A stretch of DNA of 62,781 bases, counting the filler. It is 12 parts of 12 records of this genome, joined end to end, with 100 filler letters (N's around TTAATTAATTAA, not from the genome) between each part and the next. Parts side by side here need not be neighbours in the genome. Positions count along the whole stretch, not along the records: positions 57,569 to 62,781 come from SRR7504441_4769; 11 more parts are not named here. The stretch is one strand, 5' to 3'. The notes below the pieces were generated by a model. It ran no database searches and was not told where the DNA came from. It worked only from the letters and a program-made list of their open reading frames with translations. Of the stretch, positions 57,569 through 62,781 are shown in pieces. A program made the translations under genes and the position numbers. Numbering within the stretch: the first letter of the stretch is position 1; the number at the start of each line of letters is the position of its first letter.

Positions 57569-60500
57569 TCACGCTCAGGATGGTCTCCGGCCGCCAGCTT
57601 ACAGTGAGCACCCGGTGGATCGATTGCATGGCGGATGAGAAAGCGTGGAAGGCGGCTGAGAAGGATGCAGCCAAGGCCAGGCCGGTCAAGCTCCGCTGGC
57701 ATGGTTACAAACAAGTGGCCAGCCAGCTCTCTGTGGACGAGCCTGTGCCACAGATCAGCGTGCAGGCGACGCTGGCAGGGTGCAGGGCTGAGCTCTAGGT
57801 GTGTTAGGTGCTCAATTCAAACAACGAAGCAATCGCAGTCGAGAACACAGTAGGGGTGCGTCTTTGCATCTACTCCAAAGCCGACCCAGCAGAGCCCGAG
57901 GAACCAGAGCAGGAGCCGCCGAGCAAGAAGCAGAAGAGGAGCAAGCAAGCCGGCGAGAGCTCCAATTCACAGCCTAAGGCCGGCCCCGACCGGAGGGAGA
58001 AGGTGCTCAGTATGGATAGCTTCAGCAGGTGACTGTGCCCATCTTGCTTGGAGCTGGAATGGCCGGCAGGGACGACAAGAGCCACACGTTCAGCTTCTCG
58101 CAGGTCAAGCTGAGCCAGAGCGGCCAGCTGACGTTTGAGGTGCGAGCTGCCAGCGTAGCATAGTATCTTGGGCAATACTTGATCCATTCGGCTGCAGGTA
58201 TCGCTGGTGCCCAAGAGCGGGAAATTGCCGGCTGATTACTCGGCGGTGCCGAGGAGGCCTTATTCAGTGGAGGTGAAAGGTGGCGCGGCTGTCAAGATGA
58301 CTGCCGAGTGGGACAACCTGTCTGGGGCGCCACCAACTATCCGATTGGGGCAGCTCGCCCCTCTGATCAGAGTGCGGCTGCTGGACCGAGCAGGCAACAC
58401 TGTCAAGTTCCCCGAGGATGGAAGCTTCGAGATCAGCTGTCAGGGCCGAGCAAAGCAGTACTGCCGGCTCAACAATGATGCTACCTCATATAACAGTGAT
58501 GGTACAGCAAACATCCCAGGATTTAGCTTTCTGGGGTTCAAGTTTGCTGAGGAGGAGGATGCGATAGTCCCAAGCTTAACAATCCAGCCCGAGGTCATTT
58601 GGTCGCCTCCTGGCAAGCTGTTAGCTTACGAGACCAAAGAAAAGGCTAACAGTCCAGAGGGCCGGACCTACATAGTGCACAAGCACAAGTTTAGAACGCT
58701 CGAAGAGCTCCAGACATATGCCAAGAACCTCGAGACTCCGCTCCAGGTGAAGCTGCTTTCCGCTCCACTGCAGCTCAAGCTCATCTCCGCGGGTGTGGAT
58801 GAAGTCGAGTGTGATAAACAAGACCTGGGCGAATTGCGCCGCGGTGTCATTGCCCAGGAAATATGTCTGAGAGCGTTAGACGAGTATGGCAATCGGTGGA
58901 CGCCCATGCTGGGCGATGAGCCGTCAGAGGTGCTTGTGGAGCCTAGCTGGTGCTGATTGGTTCTTGCAGGGGTTAATCGAGATCTCCAAAAAGGAATGCA
59001 AGGGTGTGACTACCAATTTGGAACGCAGGGTAGCGCTTCCTAGCTCAGCTTGCTCATCCTGGGTACAGGTGAAAATGAATGACGAAGGTGAACTCGATTT
59101 GGCTGGACGGCTGCAGGTCGGAAGCTTGAGCGTAGCCTGCTGATTGTTGTCGCTCAGGTGACTGGAAAATGGGGCACTGAAGGAGTGCTGGTGCTGTATC
59201 TCAATGGACAAAAGGACTGGACGTTAGAGTGCAAATTTAAAGTAATGGCAAGACGTGCAAGGCTGATCATGCCAAAGAAAACTGATAATGGCAGCACGCA
59301 ATGCCAATTCACGCAGACGGATGGTCACACATGCTTGTTTGCTGCCTGCAACGACAGCATCGGGCCAATCTCCCTTGAGATAGTCGACACGGATGGAAAG
59401 GTCGACGAGGATTTTGAGGGAGATTTGTCGATTTCGTGGGCTGGGGTAGGGTTTGGCGACGAGTTCAAGCTGGAAAAAGGCCGCGCCACCCTCCCACACA
59501 TCAAAGTAGTGAGTTCAATGGGGAATAGGAAGCAGACAGTCAAAGTGGACGGCCTGACAGCTGAGGTGCTTGTCACTATCCTGGCTGGTGATCCACACAA
59601 GCTCAGCCTGGTTGGCAACCAACCGATTCAGGTTGCTGGCCCATCTGGCCTAGACACCGACCCTGAACTTGGGCAGGCGCACATCGGAAATCCCAAGCAG
59701 TGCGCACTGGTCTTTTCGATCGCTGACGAGCACGGAAAGGACGTACTTGGCGATGCTAAACCCGAACAAAAGCTCAAAAACTGTAGGTTTGTCCTGTCGC
59801 TGAAGGAGAGGTGAGCCCATTGGCTTATTCTGTTTGATTACGTGATGCAGCCCCGAGACATGCAATCTCTGGCTTGCCAAGACCAACCAAACTCAAGACT
59901 CGAATCTGCGCAGCAACAGCTTGCAATTCGGACCAGAAGAGCTGAAAAACCAGGCATCAGGCTGTAAGCTCGAAGGTTGGACGATCCGAGGAACCCTTCC
60001 AGTGCCAGCATACATTGCGAACGGCGAACTGGAGCTGACCATGGAGGGAGTAGCGCTCAAAGGGGGCGCCACTGCTACCAGGCAGCTCTCTGTATCTCCA
60101 GGTGTCTCTCTGCTCTGGCCGCAGAGAGTTGAGCTGGTCTCGGCCAGGCAAACCAGTTCGTTTCGAGGCACCCCGAAGCTTCTCATGCCCCAATCGCTCC
60201 GCCCTGCCACCGTTCGATGTTTATGTCGTGGATGAGGACGGCAACCGAGCCAAGTGCCCGGGCGGGGGCGTCGAGCTGGCTGGCTGCCAGCAGCTCGAGC
60301 TGGAAGGCAAGACAGTGGTCTCAATCAAGGACAGGCTTGCTGCATTCCAGGCAGTGGTGGTCCGGCGCCACTCGGAGCAGCAGAGCTTTCAGCTCACTGT
60401 TTCGGGTACCAAGAAGGCAAGTGAGCTCCAGCCTTCGGCCATCGCGCTCACAGTCACACAGTCCGAAGCAGCAGCCTCTCTCAAGGTGACCGCTGGCTCT

Positions 60501-62728
60501 GCTTCTGGTGTCACTGAGTGCTGAATTCCAGGTTTCCCTTGGTGAAGTCGAGGACATATCCGGCCAGACAGTGAACCTTCACAAATCCGAGGTGCCACTG
60601 TTGGTGTGAGTTTATGGACGATTGAACCGTTTGGCCAGGCGGAGCTTCCTTGCTTGCTGGTGCAGCTACTCCGCGAGGACGGCCAGCAGTGCACAGCAAG
60701 CATAGTTGAGCCTGGGGCGGTTGTGCTAACCATTGCCGATGCGCGGAGCCTGAGCGCCGTGTTTGAGAGCAGCCTGTCACAGCCTGGTGTATTTGGGTTT
60801 GAACACATCGATCTATCTGCCGGCGATGCTGGATTTGTCAAATCAGCCGGTGTGTACAATGCTGAGGTGCCAGCGCCCGATTAGGCCCAGGGCCGACCAG
60901 TGTTGCAGGTGCGAGTTGCCGGGCATGAGCACCTGGAGCCGATCAGGTTCACGATCGAGAGGCATCCAGGGCCAGTGGCCACGATTGCTGTCGAGCCCGA
61001 AATGCTCAACTGTCTGTCAGAAGGACTGCCTATGACAAACTTGACACTCACGGCTAAAGACGCATTTCTGAATCCGGTGCCTGACATGTTGTCGGCTTCG
61101 ATGACAATTTGGCCGCCGGAGTTCCAGTTTGAGCTGACAGCCGGCAGTAAGAAGCTCCAGGCCGAGCGCGAGCAGAGCATCGCGTTCAAGCTGGAAGGCT
61201 ACACCATCCTGGCGCTCCAGCTGTCCAAAGAGCTGGACGCGGTGCATCAGCGCCGGTGACTTGCTGGCTGGCCAGACCAGCTCAGTGCCGGGGGCAGCTA
61301 TGCGATTCGGATCAGCTGCGGCGAGGCCCGGGCCGAGTGCAACTTCGTTTATTTTAGCAGCAAGCACTCACAGGAAGAAGCCGCCCAGCTGAAAGCACTG
61401 CTCGAGCACAACAACCAACTTGCGAAGGAGATCAAGCAGCGGGCCAAGCAGCTTTTGACAACCCAAGCACGATGTACAAGTCTGAGCAAGAAATGCGAGG
61501 GCAGGAGGTCTGCAGTCAAGGCACAGCAGCAGAAGCAGCATGCGGCAGCAGCCTCAACGCATCGAATGGACGAGCTCAAGCAAATCATGGATCAGGAGCG
61601 TGCCAAGGTACCGAATTCTAATATAGATCCTCACAGGCTTGCTGCAGGGCTCACAGCATTGCTCGCTCTACCTTGGACGGGGCGCCACGACAGAGATGCT
61701 CAAGAAGATCATGCAGGCGCGCGACGGCCGAGCAGGCAGCTCCGCTAAGTCGATCGTTGGGTTTGGCTGCGAGCTGGGCTGTGTGGAGGACAAGAGGGTC
61801 GGCGAAGCAATAGCTCGAAGGCTGTCAAGCCACACCCAGTTAGCTATAGTTGAGTCGCAAGACGAGGCGACCAGGTTCAAGGCTGAGTTCGCAGGAGCCT
61901 CGGTGTACGCGCTCGAGCCGATGAAGCACAGGTTTGCCAAGGACGAGCACGTGCAGTGGGATCACCCGCAGCACACGATTGACATGTCCAAGCGGCTGCA
62001 GCAGAACGAAATCGACGGGCTGCCCGAGCAGGCACAGTTCGCGGTCAACTGCCTTGTGCTGGACGAGCGGCAGTTGGAGCTCAAGCTGCGGCAGCGGCTG
62101 TGGTGGCCCTTGTTGAGCAGCACCATTCTGTTCGAAACACACGATCAGATGAATCGATACATCAAACGGTTTGGGCTCAGGCATACCATGGTGGCTCTGG
62201 ACACTTTCGAGATTGCACACAGCACCGGGATCCAGCGAGGGGGCCCAGCGGCTGCACCGTCCTCCGAGTTTCAAATGAGTGGCTACTTGGAGAGGGCGGT
62301 GTACCAGTCGGCTGCCAAGGAGCTCGAGAGGCTCCGATTGGCTCTCGAGCAGCAGCAAGCAATCACAAGCCCTAGGAGCTCGGCTACCGAGCTGAAGCAG
62401 GTGCGCCACACGCGCCGCATCCAAACTGAGTTGATTTGGGCAGCTCGAGACTGAGCTGGGCTTAGCTCGTGAGGAGGCAGAGTCATTAGAGCAGCAGGTG
62501 GCTGACTTGGGTCAGATAGCCGGCTCATCCGTGTCTCAGGCTGAGGCTGCGGACGCCACGGCAAGGCAAACGATTGATTCCAATAATAAGCAGATACAAG
62601 AGCTGGAGCGGAATCAACCGGCTTCCGGCAAGTCGAACAACTCGAGACCGCGTAACAGAGTTGAGCAAAACGACCGAGAGGATTGCTCACCGTTGTTGCC
62701 CCAACCTAAACGGAGCCGGAGATCGTGA
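57569..62728 (+). CDS. SMCHD1/GMI1-like protein (beta-rich repeats, coiled coil, SMC-hinge-like domain), multi-exon; 5' truncated
   Basis: Repeats with LLDRAGN, ALDEYGN, VDEDGN and AKDAFLNP, then a coiled coil, a hinge-like region (IVGFGCELGCVEDKRVGEAIARRL..FAVN..LRQRLWWPLLSSTILFET..VALD..STG..GG), a second coiled coil and a basic tail PKRSRRS. Confidence 0.7.
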
Positions 62729-62781
62729 CTCGCATGACGGCTTTTAATTTTTTTAGACAGCACTAGTGACCTGAACTGAAT

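Overview
This is not one continuous locus. It is 12 separate contigs of a compact, GC-rich eukaryotic (protist-like) genome joined by an artificial 100-nt spacer (44 N + TTAATTAATTAA + 44 N), so adjacency across spacers is meaningless. I can model about 31 protein-coding genes or fragments and one decayed PIF/Harbinger transposase. Many genes are split by very short (about 34-52 nt) spliceosomal introns, which is why the six-frame ORF track is fragmented. Recognisable genes include SNF1/AMPK-alpha, ALY/REF, PAN2, TRM3, NTM1, a USP32-like protease, an SMCHD1/GMI1-like hinge protein, a polycystin-2-like channel, a DHHC acyltransferase, a GH35 beta-galactosidase, and DH-PH and VPS9 GEFs. The most unusual items are: (1) a Upf1-like SF1 helicase spliced in frame to a PYM/eIF2A-like hairpin and an eIF W2 domain; (2) a PHD finger fused to a bacterial-style cytosine-5 DNA methyltransferase; (3) a PAN2 with ten N-terminal PAM2-like motifs; (4) a YkuK/DUF458 RNase H-like protein with a mitochondrial-type presequence; and (5) near-strict strand alternation, with tiny GC-rich divergent spacers and palindromic TAATTA-rich convergent spacers. 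I saw no rRNA, tRNA or CRISPR. All family calls come from motif recognition by eye, not database searches.
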